DNA from: an uncultured Oscillospiraceae bacterium
GTDB taxonomy: Bacteria > Bacillota > Clostridia > Oscillospirales > Oscillospiraceae
Assembly: GCA_934591725.1 (NCBI GenBank)
Contig: CAKTPR010000001.1
Span: 1 to 55,152 of the forward strand
DNA length: 55,152 nt
Direction: 5' to 3'
In this document: positions 17,644-27,727 of the stretch, one piece after another
How the letters are laid out: the number at the start of each line of letters is the position of its first letter
Position numbering within the stretch: position 1 is the first letter of the stretch
The notes under the pieces: model-generated
What the model was told of the DNA's origin: nothing
Database searches by the model: none
The model's input: only the letters and a program-made list of their open reading frames with translations
Made by a program: the position numbers and the translations under genes

Positions 17644-18727
17644 AAAGATACTCATCCTTTCAAATCATTTTATCACTCTCTATAACTTCCGGCGGGAGCT
17701 TATCGCCCGTCTTGTTTCGCGCGGCCATAAGGTCTATATCTCCATGCCTGAGGACGAGCGCAATGAGTATTTCTCGCAGCTCGGCTGTGAGATCATCATC
17801 ACGCCTATGTCCCGCCGCGGCATGAACCCTGCGCAGGATATGGCTCTGCTTCGCCAGTATAAGCGCATTATGCGCGAGGTGCAGCCCGATATTATATTCA
17901 GCTACACAATAAAGCCGAATATCTACGGCACCATGGCCTCGAACGCCCTGCACTACAAGCAGGTCTGCAACGTCACCGGCACCGGCGCGACCTTCCTGCA
18001 TGAGAACCTGCTCGCAAAGCTCGTGCGCGCGCTTTACCGCCATTCAATGAAATATGCCTATAAGGTCTTTTTCCAGAACTCCGGCGACCGGGACTATTTC
18101 ATCCGCCACCGTATGGTGCGCGATAACTGGGACATGCTCCCCGGCTCCGGCGTGAACCTTGAGCAGCATGCGTTTTCCCCCATGCCAGAGGGCGATACCG
18201 TCGGCTTTATCTATATCGGCCGCATCATGGCCGTCAAGGGCGTCGAGCAGTTTATGGACTGCGCCCGCACCATACGCCGGGAGCATCCGGAGACGCGCTT
18301 TTATATGGCCGGCTTCATCGAGGAGGAGCGCTATAAGGCGCTCGTTGATGAGTATGTCAAGGACGGCTCGATAGAATACCTTGGCTTCCGCAAGGATATC
18401 GACGAGTGGATAGCCAAGTGCTGCTGCACTGTCCTGCCCTCGCTCGGCGGCGAGGGCGTGCCGAACGTCATGCTTGAGTCCGCCGCCTCAGGCCGCGCCT
18501 GCATCGCAGCGCGCATCCCCGGCTCCGTCGACACGATAGACGACGGCGTCACCGGCTATCTCTATACCCCCGGCAGCACCGGGGAGCTTATCTCCTGCGT
18601 CAAAAAGTTCCTTGCGCTCTCACCCGAAGAGCGCGCCGCGATGGGGCGCGCGGGCAGAGCCAAGATGGAAAAGGAATTTGACCGTGAGATAGTTATAGAT
18701 AAATATATCCGGGAGGTCGAGCAATGA
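17633..18727 (+). CDS. Glycosyltransferase family 4 (GT-B)
   Basis: C-terminal GT-B motif LPSLGGEGVPNVMLESAASGRACIAARIPGSVDTIDDGVTGYL. It overlaps the upstream gene by 11 nt. Confidence 0.8.
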   Translation: MESKKILILSNHFITLYNFRRELIARLVSRGHKVYISMPEDERNEYFSQLGCEIIITPMSRRGMNPAQDMALLRQYKRIMREVQPDIIFSYTIKPNIYGTMASNALHYKQVCNVTGTGATFLHENLLAKLVRALYRHSMKYAYKVFFQNSGDRDYFIRHRMVRDNWDMLPGSGVNLEQHAFSPMPEGDTVGFIYIGRIMAVKGVEQFMDCARTIRREHPETRFYMAGFIEEERYKALVDEYVKDGSIEYLGFRKDIDEWIAKCCCTVLPSLGGEGVPNVMLESAASGRACIAARIPGSVDTIDDGVTGYLYTPGSTGELISCVKKFLALSPEERAAMGRAGRAKMEKEFDREIVIDKYIREVEQ

Positions 18728-19284
18728 ACAGATATCTCCGCGCCCTTGTTGTTGTGCCCACCGGCGCATTGAAGATGGGCTTTGCGAAGCTCTTTCATCC
18801 CAAGTCCTTTCATGGCCCTGCCCTCTGCATGGTCTCCCCGCACAGTGAAATTACGCTCAACGGCGGCAGACTCTCCATCGGCTCGGGCTTCAAGATGCGC
18901 GACGGTGCAAAGCTCCGTGTGCGAAAGGGAGCCGAGTGCGTCCTTGGCAAAAACGTCTCCCTCAACTCCAATGATATGATCGTCTGCCATGAGAAGATCA
19001 TCCTCGGCGATAATATCCAGCTCTCGCCGAACGTGCAGATATACGACCATGACCATGACTACCGCGCCGAGGGCGGCGTGGCCGCGATGAAGTATAAGAC
19101 CGCGCCCGTCGAGATCGGCAATAACGTCTGGATCGGCGCAAACTGCGTCATCCTGCGCGGCACGAAGATCGGCGATAACTGCGTCGTCGCCGCCGGCAGC
19201 GTTATAAAGGGCAAGTTCCCGGCCAATACGCTTATCTACCAGAAGCGTGAAACAGAGATAAAGACGCGGGAGGTGGGTGTCTGA
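18724..19284 (+). CDS. Hexapeptide-repeat (LbH) acetyltransferase
   Basis: Hexapeptide repeats IGNNVWIGANCVILRGTKIGDNCVVAAGSVI. The start forms an ATGA overlap with the upstream gene. Confidence 0.8.
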   Translation: MNRYLRALVVVPTGALKMGFAKLFHPKSFHGPALCMVSPHSEITLNGGRLSIGSGFKMRDGAKLRVRKGAECVLGKNVSLNSNDMIVCHEKIILGDNIQLSPNVQIYDHDHDYRAEGGVAAMKYKTAPVEIGNNVWIGANCVILRGTKIGDNCVVAAGSVIKGKFPANTLIYQKRETEIKTREVGV

Positions 19285-20381
19285 TGGTGCGCATCCTGCA
19301 AATGATCGGCAGCCTGAACGTCGGCGGCTCGCAGACGATGATCCTGAACCTTTATCGCAACATCGACCGCGAGAAGATACAGTTTGATTTTGTACTCGAC
19401 CACCCCAATGAGCGGTACTTTGCTGCCGATGCCGAAGCTCTCGGTGCGCGGATATATAGCCTGCCCGGCTTTACCGGCTTCAATGCCCATGAGGTCAAAA
19501 AGGCGTGGGATGTTTTTCTCACCGAACACCCGGAGTATAAGGTGCTCCATTCCCATGTCCGCAGCTATGCCTCGCTCTATCTGCCCGTTGCCAAAAAGCA
19601 CGGGCTCAGGACTATCATTCACAGCCATAATACCTCGAACGGTTCCGGCATCTCTTCCCTTGTAAAGCAGCTCATGCAGAAGCCATTGAGAGATCAGGCG
19701 GATGTGCTCATGGCCTGTTCGCGCGAAGCGGGGAAGTGGCTTTTCGGCAAGGAAGCCTGCGCGCGGGATAATTATATCTTCCTGCCGAACGCCGTTGATA
19801 CCCGGCGTTTCCGTCTGCCTGAGAGTGTGCGCGAGAAGTACCGCGCGGAACTTAACCTGACAAATAAGCTCGTCATCGGCCATGTCGGCCGCTTCCAGCC
19901 CGCGAAGAACCAGTCCTTCCTGCTGGATATATTCTCTCTTGTGCATGAGCGCCGCCCGGAATCTGCGCTTCTCCTTGTCGGGGACGGCGATCTCCGCGCC
20001 CGGTGCGAGGAAAAGGCTGCCGCGCTTGGCCTTACGGACAGCGTCATCTTCACCGGCAACCGCAGTGATGTGCCGGAGCTTTTGCAGACGATGGATGTTT
20101 TCGCCTTCCCCTCCGTGTGGGAGGGCTTGCCCGTCACGCTTATCGAGGCGCAGGCCGCAGGACTTCCGTGCTATGTGTCCTCAAACGTCAGCGGCGATGC
20201 GGATGTCTCCCCGCTGATCGAGCACCTGCCGATAGACGATGCCGCCATCTGGGCGGATAAGCTGCTGAACGCCCCTCCGCGCCGCGATGTGACGGAGTAT
20301 ATAGTCCGCGCCGGCTTCGATGCGCGCACATCAGCCGAGAAAATGACCGAGCTTTACCTACGCCTTGCCGGTGAAGAGTAA
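19284..20381 (+). CDS. Glycosyltransferase family 1/4 (EpsF-like)
   Basis: N-terminus MVRILQMIGSLNVGGSQTMILNLYR. C-terminal motif FPSVWEGLPVTLIEAQAAGLPCYVS. Confidence 0.8.
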   Translation: MVRILQMIGSLNVGGSQTMILNLYRNIDREKIQFDFVLDHPNERYFAADAEALGARIYSLPGFTGFNAHEVKKAWDVFLTEHPEYKVLHSHVRSYASLYLPVAKKHGLRTIIHSHNTSNGSGISSLVKQLMQKPLRDQADVLMACSREAGKWLFGKEACARDNYIFLPNAVDTRRFRLPESVREKYRAELNLTNKLVIGHVGRFQPAKNQSFLLDIFSLVHERRPESALLLVGDGDLRARCEEKAAALGLTDSVIFTGNRSDVPELLQTMDVFAFPSVWEGLPVTLIEAQAAGLPCYVSSNVSGDADVSPLIEHLPIDDAAIWADKLLNAPPRRDVTEYIVRAGFDARTSAEKMTELYLRLAGEE

Positions 20382-20419
20382 GCAAACTGCGTTATTTTAA
20401 TATAAAAACTAAACGATAA

Positions 20420-21523
20420 GTGAAAATGAAAGTAAATAAAAATACATTGATGTTTTATATAAACGCCATCCACGGCGGCGGAGCGGAGCGGGTCATTCTC
20501 CAGCTGGCTTACCGTTTTGCTCAGGCGGGGTACCGCAGCATCCTTGTTACCTCCTTTGTCGATGAGCATGAGTACCCCGTTCCGGAGGGGGTGGAGCGCG
20601 TCTCGATTGAAAATGAGCAGATCATCCAGTCCCGCCTCAAGAGAAATCTGTCACGGATAAAGGCTCTGCGCGCTCTTTGCAGAAAGGAGCGGCCGGCGGC
20701 CCTCATTTCCTTCATGGCAGAGCCGAATTTCAGGTCAATATTGGCCACTTTTGGTCTTCCGACCAAGTGCATCGTCTCCGTCAGGAACGACCCGGAGAAG
20801 GAGTATGCCGGGCGTCTCGGCCGCCTTGTCGGAAAACTTCTGCTCCCGATGGCGGATGGCTGCGTCTTCCAGACCGAACAGGCCAGGGCGTGGTTCCCGA
20901 AGCGTCTGCAAAAGAAAGCCGCTATTATAATGAATCAGGTGGACGGCCGCTTTTTTGAAACGGAGCTGTCGCCGGAGCGCGGCGGCATCGTCACCGCAGG
21001 CCGCCTGAATGTGCAGAAAAATCAGGCGCTTCTTATAAAGGCCTATAGTAAAATAGCCTCAAAGGTTCAGGACGATCTGTTTATCTACGGCGCGGGAGAG
21101 CTGCGCGAGGAGCTTCTTGCGCTTGCCGCGTCCCTTGGAATACCGGAGCGTGTACACCTGCCCGGATCGTCTGGGAACATGCCGGAGACGCTCAGCCGCG
21201 CAAGGCTGTTCGTCCTGCCCTCGGACTATGAGGGGATGCCCAATGCGCTGCTCGAAGCGCTCGCGATGGGGCTTCCCTGCATCGCGACTGACTGCCCCTG
21301 CGGCGGCCCCGCCATGGTCATTGACCCGGGGCGAAACGGCTGGCTTATCCCCGTCGGGGATGAGACGGCGCTCGCTGCGAGGATGCTATGGGCGCTGCGC
21401 AGCCCGGAGCGCTGCGAGACTGTCGGAAACGCTGCGCGTCTGCGCGCGGAAGCCTTCCGGCCTGAGAATATTTTCTCTCTCTGGAAGAACTTTATTGAAG
21501 GAATAATCGCAAAAAGGGGCTGA
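20420..21523 (+). CDS. Glycosyltransferase family 4
   Basis: Segments INAIHGGGAERV and LPSDYEGMPNALLEALAMGLPCIATDCPCGGP. The start is either GTG 20420 or ATG 20426. Confidence 0.8.
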   Translation: MKMKVNKNTLMFYINAIHGGGAERVILQLAYRFAQAGYRSILVTSFVDEHEYPVPEGVERVSIENEQIIQSRLKRNLSRIKALRALCRKERPAALISFMAEPNFRSILATFGLPTKCIVSVRNDPEKEYAGRLGRLVGKLLLPMADGCVFQTEQARAWFPKRLQKKAAIIMNQVDGRFFETELSPERGGIVTAGRLNVQKNQALLIKAYSKIASKVQDDLFIYGAGELREELLALAASLGIPERVHLPGSSGNMPETLSRARLFVLPSDYEGMPNALLEALAMGLPCIATDCPCGGPAMVIDPGRNGWLIPVGDETALAARMLWALRSPERCETVGNAARLRAEAFRPENIFSLWKNFIEGIIAKRG

Positions 21524-21526
21524 AAT

Positions 21527-22432
21527 ATGAGCGTTGCAGGATTAAAATACTATCTTTCAAGTCCGGCGAATATGTTTGATTTCTTTGCCGACCGCAATAT
21601 GCTCAACTGGATGCCGGATGAAGCCTTTCTTAAAAGAAAGTTCAGGCTCAATATGGGCTATGAACTCGATCTTGAAAATCCCAAAACCTTTAACGAAAAG
21701 CTCCAGTGGCTGAAGCTCTATGACCGCAAACCCTTGTATACCAAGCTTGTCGACAAATATGAGGTCAGAAAATACATCGCCGGAAAGATAGGTGAAGAGT
21801 ATCTTATCCCTCTTGTCGGCGGCCCGTGGAACAGCCCGGATGAGATAGATTTTGCCGCGCTGCCGGATCAGTTCGTTCTCAAATGCACTCATGACAGCGG
21901 CGGCGTTATTATCTGCAAGGATAAGTCAGCGTTCGATATTCCTGCCGCAAAAGCAGTGCTCAATAAGCACCTTAAGCGCAATTTCTATTGGGCTAACCGA
22001 GAATGGCCGTATAAGGACGTACCGCCCCGGATCATTGCAGAAAAGTACATGGAGGATGAGACCGGCGAGCTGCGCGATTTCAAAGTCTTCTGCTTTAACG
22101 GAACGCCCAGAATGATGTATATATCAAGGGATGCGGCGGTTGACACGACGACGGACTTCTTTGACATGGACTTCAATCATCTGCCGATCCGGATGAAGGA
22201 TCCGAACTCTGCGATACTGCCGGCAAAGCCTGAGGGCTTTGAAGAAATGCGGCGAATAGCTTCAGTCCTGTCTGAAGGCATTCCCCATGTTCGCACAGAC
22301 TTTTATTGTGTAAATGGCAAGATCTATTTCGGGGAACTGACGTTCTACCATAATGGAGGGTTTACCGGCATTAAGCCGGAAGAGTGGAATTACAAGGTCG
22401 GCGACTGGTTAAAACTCCCAGGGAAAGAGTAA
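21527..22432 (+). CDS. TupA-like ATP-grasp family protein (copy 1)
   Basis: PKTFNEKLQWLKLYDRKPLYTKLVDKYEVRKYIAGKIGEEYLIPLVG...FVLKCTHDSGGVIICKDK...FYCVNGKIYFGELTFYHNGG is the ATPgrasp_TupA pattern. Confidence 0.75.
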   Translation: MSVAGLKYYLSSPANMFDFFADRNMLNWMPDEAFLKRKFRLNMGYELDLENPKTFNEKLQWLKLYDRKPLYTKLVDKYEVRKYIAGKIGEEYLIPLVGGPWNSPDEIDFAALPDQFVLKCTHDSGGVIICKDKSAFDIPAAKAVLNKHLKRNFYWANREWPYKDVPPRIIAEKYMEDETGELRDFKVFCFNGTPRMMYISRDAAVDTTTDFFDMDFNHLPIRMKDPNSAILPAKPEGFEEMRRIASVLSEGIPHVRTDFYCVNGKIYFGELTFYHNGGFTGIKPEEWNYKVGDWLKLPGKE

Positions 22433-22438
22433 CGGTTT

Positions 22439-23503
22439 ATGGACAACAGCATCAAGTTCAGCATCATGACGCCGGTGTATAAGGTGGAGCAGTATCTGCC
22501 GGAGTGCATCGAGTCTGTGCTTGACCAGACATACGGAAATTTTGAATTCATACTCGTGGACGACGGGTCACCCGACCACAGCGGCGAGATATGCGAGCAG
22601 TACGCAGAAAAGGACAGCCGCATCCGCGTGTTCCACAAGCCCAACGGCGGCCTCATGCACACCCGCCGGTATGCGCTTGAGCGCGCGCAGGGTGACTATT
22701 ATGTCTTCCTCGATTCGGACGATTACCTGAGCCTTGATACGCTGGAAACCCTGCACCGGTACATAAGCGAGACCGGAGCCGACTGCGTCATCTACGGCTT
22801 TGAGTGGCTGCGCCCGGAGGGTACGGTACACGTGCAGTGCGCCCCCTGCGACTGCGGAAGGGTCATAAGCGACAGACGCGAGCTTTATAATATCATCTTC
22901 AATAACGACAGCTACAATTCACTGTGCCGCAAGTGCGTGAGGGCGTCATGCTTTGACGGGCGCGATCACAGCGCAAGCTACCATATCAAGAACGGTGAAG
23001 ACTGTGTGCAGACGATAGAGATCATCGAGAACGCGCGCAGCGTTGTGTTCATCCCGGAGCTGCTCTACCGCTACCGGTATAATTCGGCAAGCATCACGCA
23101 CTCCAATGAGTTCGATAATTACAGCGCCGACTTTGAGGTAAGCGAGATAGTGCTCGGTTTCCTCCGGCACGCCGGTGTGCTGACAGAGGAGGACATGGAC
23201 AGGCTCAGAAACAAGGAGCTTGACGAGATGGCCGTTGAGATAAAGCGCATCTGCCGCTATGCCTCCACAAGAGAGCACAAGCGCTCCGCGATAGCATCGA
23301 TCCGGGAAAGCAGCTTTTACGGGGAGTTTCTTGAAGCGGGCTACCGGCCTGCCGCACCGCTTCCGGGGCAGCAGCTGCCGGACGCGATGAGAAGAAGGCT
23401 CAACCGGCTCACCGCAATGCTTCTGAAAGCGCGCCGGTATGACGCGATAATAAACATCAACACCCTGCTCTACCGCACGGCGAAGGCCGCGGGAGCGAGG
23501 TGA
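22439..23503 (+). CDS. Glycosyltransferase family 2
   Basis: FSIMTPVYKVEQYLPECIESVLDQTYGNFEFILVDDGSPD, with the DxD element in FLDSDDYL. Confidence 0.85.
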   Translation: MDNSIKFSIMTPVYKVEQYLPECIESVLDQTYGNFEFILVDDGSPDHSGEICEQYAEKDSRIRVFHKPNGGLMHTRRYALERAQGDYYVFLDSDDYLSLDTLETLHRYISETGADCVIYGFEWLRPEGTVHVQCAPCDCGRVISDRRELYNIIFNNDSYNSLCRKCVRASCFDGRDHSASYHIKNGEDCVQTIEIIENARSVVFIPELLYRYRYNSASITHSNEFDNYSADFEVSEIVLGFLRHAGVLTEEDMDRLRNKELDEMAVEIKRICRYASTREHKRSAIASIRESSFYGEFLEAGYRPAAPLPGQQLPDAMRRRLNRLTAMLLKARRYDAIININTLLYRTAKAAGAR

Positions 23504-23519
23504 CAGCGAAGGTCGGAGC

Positions 23520-24986
23520 ATGAACAAGGCAAAAGTAATAAAATCACTTATGTACAAATTCATAGAACGCTTTTCGGTCAAGGGCATCGGGCTTGTAATA
23601 AGCATAATCCTCGCACGTCTGCTTGCGCCGGAGGTGTTCGGGCAGCTCGCGCTGCTGACGGTGTTCACCGATCTCTCAATGACGGTGGTCGACGGCGGCC
23701 TGAGCTCGGCGCTCGTGCAGAGCAAGGAGGCCGGGGAGCGGGATTATTCGACGGTGTTTATAATAACGCTGGCGCTGTCCGCGCTGATGATAGCGCTGCT
23801 GTACCTTGCAGCGCCATATATCGCCGACTACTATAAAAGCCCGGCGCTCATAACGCCGCTGCGCTTTTACTCGCTGTCGATGCTCTTCAGCGCTTTTAAC
23901 TCCGTACAGGTCGCGCGCATGCAGCGCGAGATGCGCTTTCGCGAGATGATGTACTGCAGCCTTGCCGCAACGCTGATCGCCGGCACCTTCGGCATAGTGC
24001 TGGCGTATAAGGGCGCAGGGCTCTGGGCGCTGGTGGGCTACTATTTCTCACACATCGCGGTGACCTGCATCGCCATGTTCTGCACGGATCGCTGGATCCC
24101 ACGCGGAGAATTTTCAAAGGACAGCGCGAAGCGGCTCTACGGCTTCGGGTTAAAGATACTTGCCTCATCAATGATAACGACGATATATAACGACATTCGT
24201 CCGCTTATAATCGGCAAAAAATTCTCGACTGCCGACCTAGGTTATTACGAGCGCGGACAGCGCTTTTCGAGCACCGTCTCCATAAACCTCGATACGGCGG
24301 TGCAGTCGGTCATGTTCCCGGTCATGGCGCAGGCGCAGGACGATAAAAAGCAGGTGCGCGCAATGCTCAGGCGCGCGCAGACCATGGGCGCGTTCATAAT
24401 TTTCCCGGCGATGGTCGGCATGGCCGCCGTTGCGGAGCCGATGGTGCGCCTGCTGCTGACAGAAAAATGGATGCCCTGCGTCATATTCGTGCAGATACTG
24501 TGCATCGCCGAGATGCAGGTGCCGCTGACCTCGGCAAACCTCGTGGTAGTAAAAGCGCTGGGGCGCAGCGATATCCTGATGAAGCAGGAGGTACTGCGCA
24601 GAGTTCTGATGATAATCGTGCTGCTTATAACGGTGTTTGCCTTTGACTCGGTCGTGGCGATCGCCTGCGGTTTCCTGTTCAGCGCGTGGCTGGATGCGTT
24701 CATCACCTCGATACCGGTTAAGAAGCTGCTGGGCTACGGCTTTGCCGATCAGGCAAAGGATATGTGGCGCAGCGCGCTGGCGGCGCTGATAATGGGCGCG
24801 GCAGTGGCGGCGCTCAACCTGCTGAACATACCGGACGCGGCAAAGCTCGTGATACAGATAGTCACCGGTGCGGCGGTGTATGCCGCGGCCTGCGCCGTGC
24901 TGAAAGTCGAAAGCCTTATGTACATTCTGAATATGCTCCGGAAACACAGGAGCGCAGAGAAGGAGGGGGACGCGGATGCTGAGTGA
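23520..24986 (+). CDS. wzx: Wzx-type flippase (MOP/polysaccharide biosynthesis protein family)
   Basis: 488-aa polytopic protein. The N-terminus FIERFSVKGIGLVISIILARLLAPEVFGQLALLTVF is typical of the family. Confidence 0.8.
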   Translation: MNKAKVIKSLMYKFIERFSVKGIGLVISIILARLLAPEVFGQLALLTVFTDLSMTVVDGGLSSALVQSKEAGERDYSTVFIITLALSALMIALLYLAAPYIADYYKSPALITPLRFYSLSMLFSAFNSVQVARMQREMRFREMMYCSLAATLIAGTFGIVLAYKGAGLWALVGYYFSHIAVTCIAMFCTDRWIPRGEFSKDSAKRLYGFGLKILASSMITTIYNDIRPLIIGKKFSTADLGYYERGQRFSSTVSINLDTAVQSVMFPVMAQAQDDKKQVRAMLRRAQTMGAFIIFPAMVGMAAVAEPMVRLLLTEKWMPCVIFVQILCIAEMQVPLTSANLVVVKALGRSDILMKQEVLRRVLMIIVLLITVFAFDSVVAIACGFLFSAWLDAFITSIPVKKLLGYGFADQAKDMWRSALAALIMGAAVAALNLLNIPDAAKLVIQIVTGAAVYAAACAVLKVESLMYILNMLRKHRSAEKEGDADAE

Positions 24987-25551
24987 GGAGAAAAGAATAA
25001 AAACCAAGGCCCAGCTGAAGGAGTACCTCGATGTGGAGCTTGAACCGTATCAGCTGCATGGGAGACAGTACATCGCGTATATCTTCCAGATAAGCGAGCG
25101 GGCTATACTTCGCCGCCACACCATACTGCTGAGGAAGACAGAGTACCACCTGAACGCCGGGCACAAGCTCATCGGCGAGCTTTACTATGCGCGGCTTATG
25201 AAGTTTCAATTGAAGTATTCAATACACATTCCTATCAACTGCTTCGGAAAAGGGCTGAGGGTAATGCACGTCGGCCCATGCACGATGAACGGCGAGATCA
25301 CCGTCGGCGAAAACTGCCAGGTGAATATGTATGCGTCGGTCGTATGGAGCGACGGAAAGAACGAGGGAGTGCCAACCCTCGGAGACAATGTCACGCTCGG
25401 TCTGGGCTCGATCGTTCAGGGAAATATCACGCTGGCCGATAACATAACCGTCGGCAGCGGAGCGCTCGTGAACAAAAGCTTCCTTGAGCCGGGCATAAAC
25501 CTTGCAGGCGTGCCTGCCAGAAAGATCGGCGAAAAGAGCGCGGAGACATAA
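24976..25551 (+). CDS. Serine-acetyltransferase-like (WcaB/CysE-type) LbH O-acetyltransferase
   Basis: N-terminal helical domain (ILRRHTILLRKTEYHLN) followed by hexapeptide repeats (LGDNVTLGLGSIVQGNITLADNITVGSGALV). Confidence 0.75.
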   Translation: MLSEEKRIKTKAQLKEYLDVELEPYQLHGRQYIAYIFQISERAILRRHTILLRKTEYHLNAGHKLIGELYYARLMKFQLKYSIHIPINCFGKGLRVMHVGPCTMNGEITVGENCQVNMYASVVWSDGKNEGVPTLGDNVTLGLGSIVQGNITLADNITVGSGALVNKSFLEPGINLAGVPARKIGEKSAET

Positions 25552-25568
25552 GCGCCGGGAGGACGGAT

Positions 25569-26693
25569 ATGCTGTACAAGGTACTTAGAAAGCTGAGGCT
25601 CGGAAAGAGCGCATATGCACTGCTATACCCGTTCAGAGGCAAGGCGGCTGACCTGCCCGGAACGGAAGCGGCGAGAGCGCTGCTCGAAGGCCTAAGTCCG
25701 GACGTCGGCGGTTCATGCCTGTGCGAGCGCCGGGTCAAAGGGAATGTCCGCAAGGGCGAACTGGATATCATCATACCCGCGTACAATGCCGAACGTTACC
25801 TGCGTGAGTGCATGGACTCTGTGCTTGCACAGCAGACGCGGTACAGCTTCCGCGTGCTTGCGATAGACGACGGCTCGACGGATGCGACGGCAGAGATTCT
25901 CGACGAGTATGCAGCGCGTGACAGCCGCGTCCATGTCGTCCATCAGAAGAACCGAGGACATTCCGGCGCGAGAAACGCGGGACTTGAAATGGCCGACGCG
26001 GAGCTTATCATGTTTCTGGATTCGGACGACGTGCTGTTTCCCGACGCGGTCGAACAGCTTGCCGGAGCGGTACTGAACGGGGACGCGGCGTTCTCCGAGG
26101 GAGCCTACGAGGTGGTCGACACCCAATTGCAGCACATATCCGACAGCCCGCATGAAGCGGGCGAGCTTGCGGATTTTGCGGACTGCTCCGCCTATCCTTG
26201 GGGCAAGGCCTACAGACTCAGAGCGCTTGACGGCTTCCGTTTCCCTGAGGGCTATCTGTATGAGGACAGCTTTATCTATCAGGTGCTGTTTCCGCAGTAT
26301 GCGCAGCTCGGCAAAAAAGCAGTCGGGATATCCAGTCCCGTGGTGAAATACAGGGTGAACCCCGGCGGGATAAGCAGAAAATCAAGGGGAAGCGTGAAGA
26401 GCCTTGACTCGCTGTGGATAACGCTGAGCCTGCATGAGGACAGGAAAAAGCTTGGCCTTGAGAGCACGCAGGAATACTATGAGTACATTCTCAGTATGCT
26501 CGTGCTGACCTATCGCCGCACGGAGCAGCGGGACGAGGAGACGAAGAAGGCCATATTTGTTATGTGGCTCGACTTCCTCGGCAGAGAGTTTGAGGGCTTC
26601 AGCGTGGCTGACCCGTTCCTCCGCAGACTTGAGCGCGCGGTGCGGAACAAAGATTACCCGGCCTACGCGCTGTTCTGCAGGCTGGCAGATTGA
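25569..26693 (+). CDS. Glycosyltransferase family 2
   Basis: DIIIPAYNAERYLRECMDSVLAQQ...AIDDGSTD...FLDSDDVL. GGGAGGA lies 6 nt upstream of the ATG. Confidence 0.85.
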   Translation: MLYKVLRKLRLGKSAYALLYPFRGKAADLPGTEAARALLEGLSPDVGGSCLCERRVKGNVRKGELDIIIPAYNAERYLRECMDSVLAQQTRYSFRVLAIDDGSTDATAEILDEYAARDSRVHVVHQKNRGHSGARNAGLEMADAELIMFLDSDDVLFPDAVEQLAGAVLNGDAAFSEGAYEVVDTQLQHISDSPHEAGELADFADCSAYPWGKAYRLRALDGFRFPEGYLYEDSFIYQVLFPQYAQLGKKAVGISSPVVKYRVNPGGISRKSRGSVKSLDSLWITLSLHEDRKKLGLESTQEYYEYILSMLVLTYRRTEQRDEETKKAIFVMWLDFLGREFEGFSVADPFLRRLERAVRNKDYPAYALFCRLAD

Positions 26694-27727
26694 ATGAACT
26701 CAAAAAGGAAAAACGCATGAAGAAATTCGGAGTATGGATACTGAAGGCAATAGCCGGGGGCGTGATCGCGCTGCTGGCGCTCAACGCTTTCAGTATGCTT
26801 TACTATAACGTCCCGGTACACTACACGAACCCGGACGGCGCAACGGAATATAAATGGGAAAGCTCCACCTTTTACAGCAAGGGCACAGAGGGCTTCGCAT
26901 GGGGCGTGACCAATAACGACGGCTTCAATGACCTCCGGGACTATACGCCGGGGGAGAAGATAGATATCCTGCTGATGGGCTCGTCGCACATGGAGGGCTT
27001 CAACGTTGCGCAGGATGAAAACGCCGGTGCGGTGCTGAACACGCTCTTTGACGGCGAGAAGTACACCTACAACATCGGCACGGCGGGGCACACGATGCTC
27101 TACTGCATAAAGCATCTGGCCGCGGCGCTGGACACGTATGAGCCGGGCGGATACGTCGTCATCGAGACGAACACCGTGGACTTTGATCCGGAGGATATCG
27201 ACGCTGTTCTGAGCGGGACATTGGCGGATATCCCGTCGCAGTCCGGGGCGCTCATAACGCTCATGCAGAAGCTGCCCTACCTGCGCCTGCTCTATACAGT
27301 GCAGTTCAAAGGTATGACCGGGGCTGCGGACACGGAGCCAGCGGAGATACCGGCGGCAACGCGCGAGCCTGCCGAGGCGCTCTCGCCGCTGCTGGAGCGG
27401 GCGGCTGATATATGCAGCGCGCGGGGCGTGCAGCCGGTCATCGTCTTTGATCCGGCGGTGTATGTAGACGGAGAGGGAGAAGCCTATACCGGGACGGATG
27501 CCGATTGCCTTGCGGCGTTTGAGAGCGTCTGCGCGGAGAATGGCATCGTCTTTATTGACCTGACAGACGCGTATATCCGCGAATATGCCGGGAGCTGCCG
27601 GCTGCCCTACGGTTTTACCAACACGACGCCGGGCGAGGGGCACATGAACAAGGTCGGGCACAGACTGTTCGCGCAGAAGGTGTACAATACGATAAGGGCA
27701 CTGGAGGAGGAACAGGATGGCGTTTAA
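26690..27727 (+). CDS. SGNH/DltD-like extracytoplasmic partner of the MBOAT O-acyltransferase
   Basis: N-terminal signal anchor. Block-I-like LLMGSSHMEGF and block-V-like GEGHMNKVGH. The gene is translationally coupled to the MBOAT gene downstream. Confidence 0.6.
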   Translation: MNELKKEKRMKKFGVWILKAIAGGVIALLALNAFSMLYYNVPVHYTNPDGATEYKWESSTFYSKGTEGFAWGVTNNDGFNDLRDYTPGEKIDILLMGSSHMEGFNVAQDENAGAVLNTLFDGEKYTYNIGTAGHTMLYCIKHLAAALDTYEPGGYVVIETNTVDFDPEDIDAVLSGTLADIPSQSGALITLMQKLPYLRLLYTVQFKGMTGAADTEPAEIPAATREPAEALSPLLERAADICSARGVQPVIVFDPAVYVDGEGEAYTGTDADCLAAFESVCAENGIVFIDLTDAYIREYAGSCRLPYGFTNTTPGEGHMNKVGHRLFAQKVYNTIRALEEEQDGV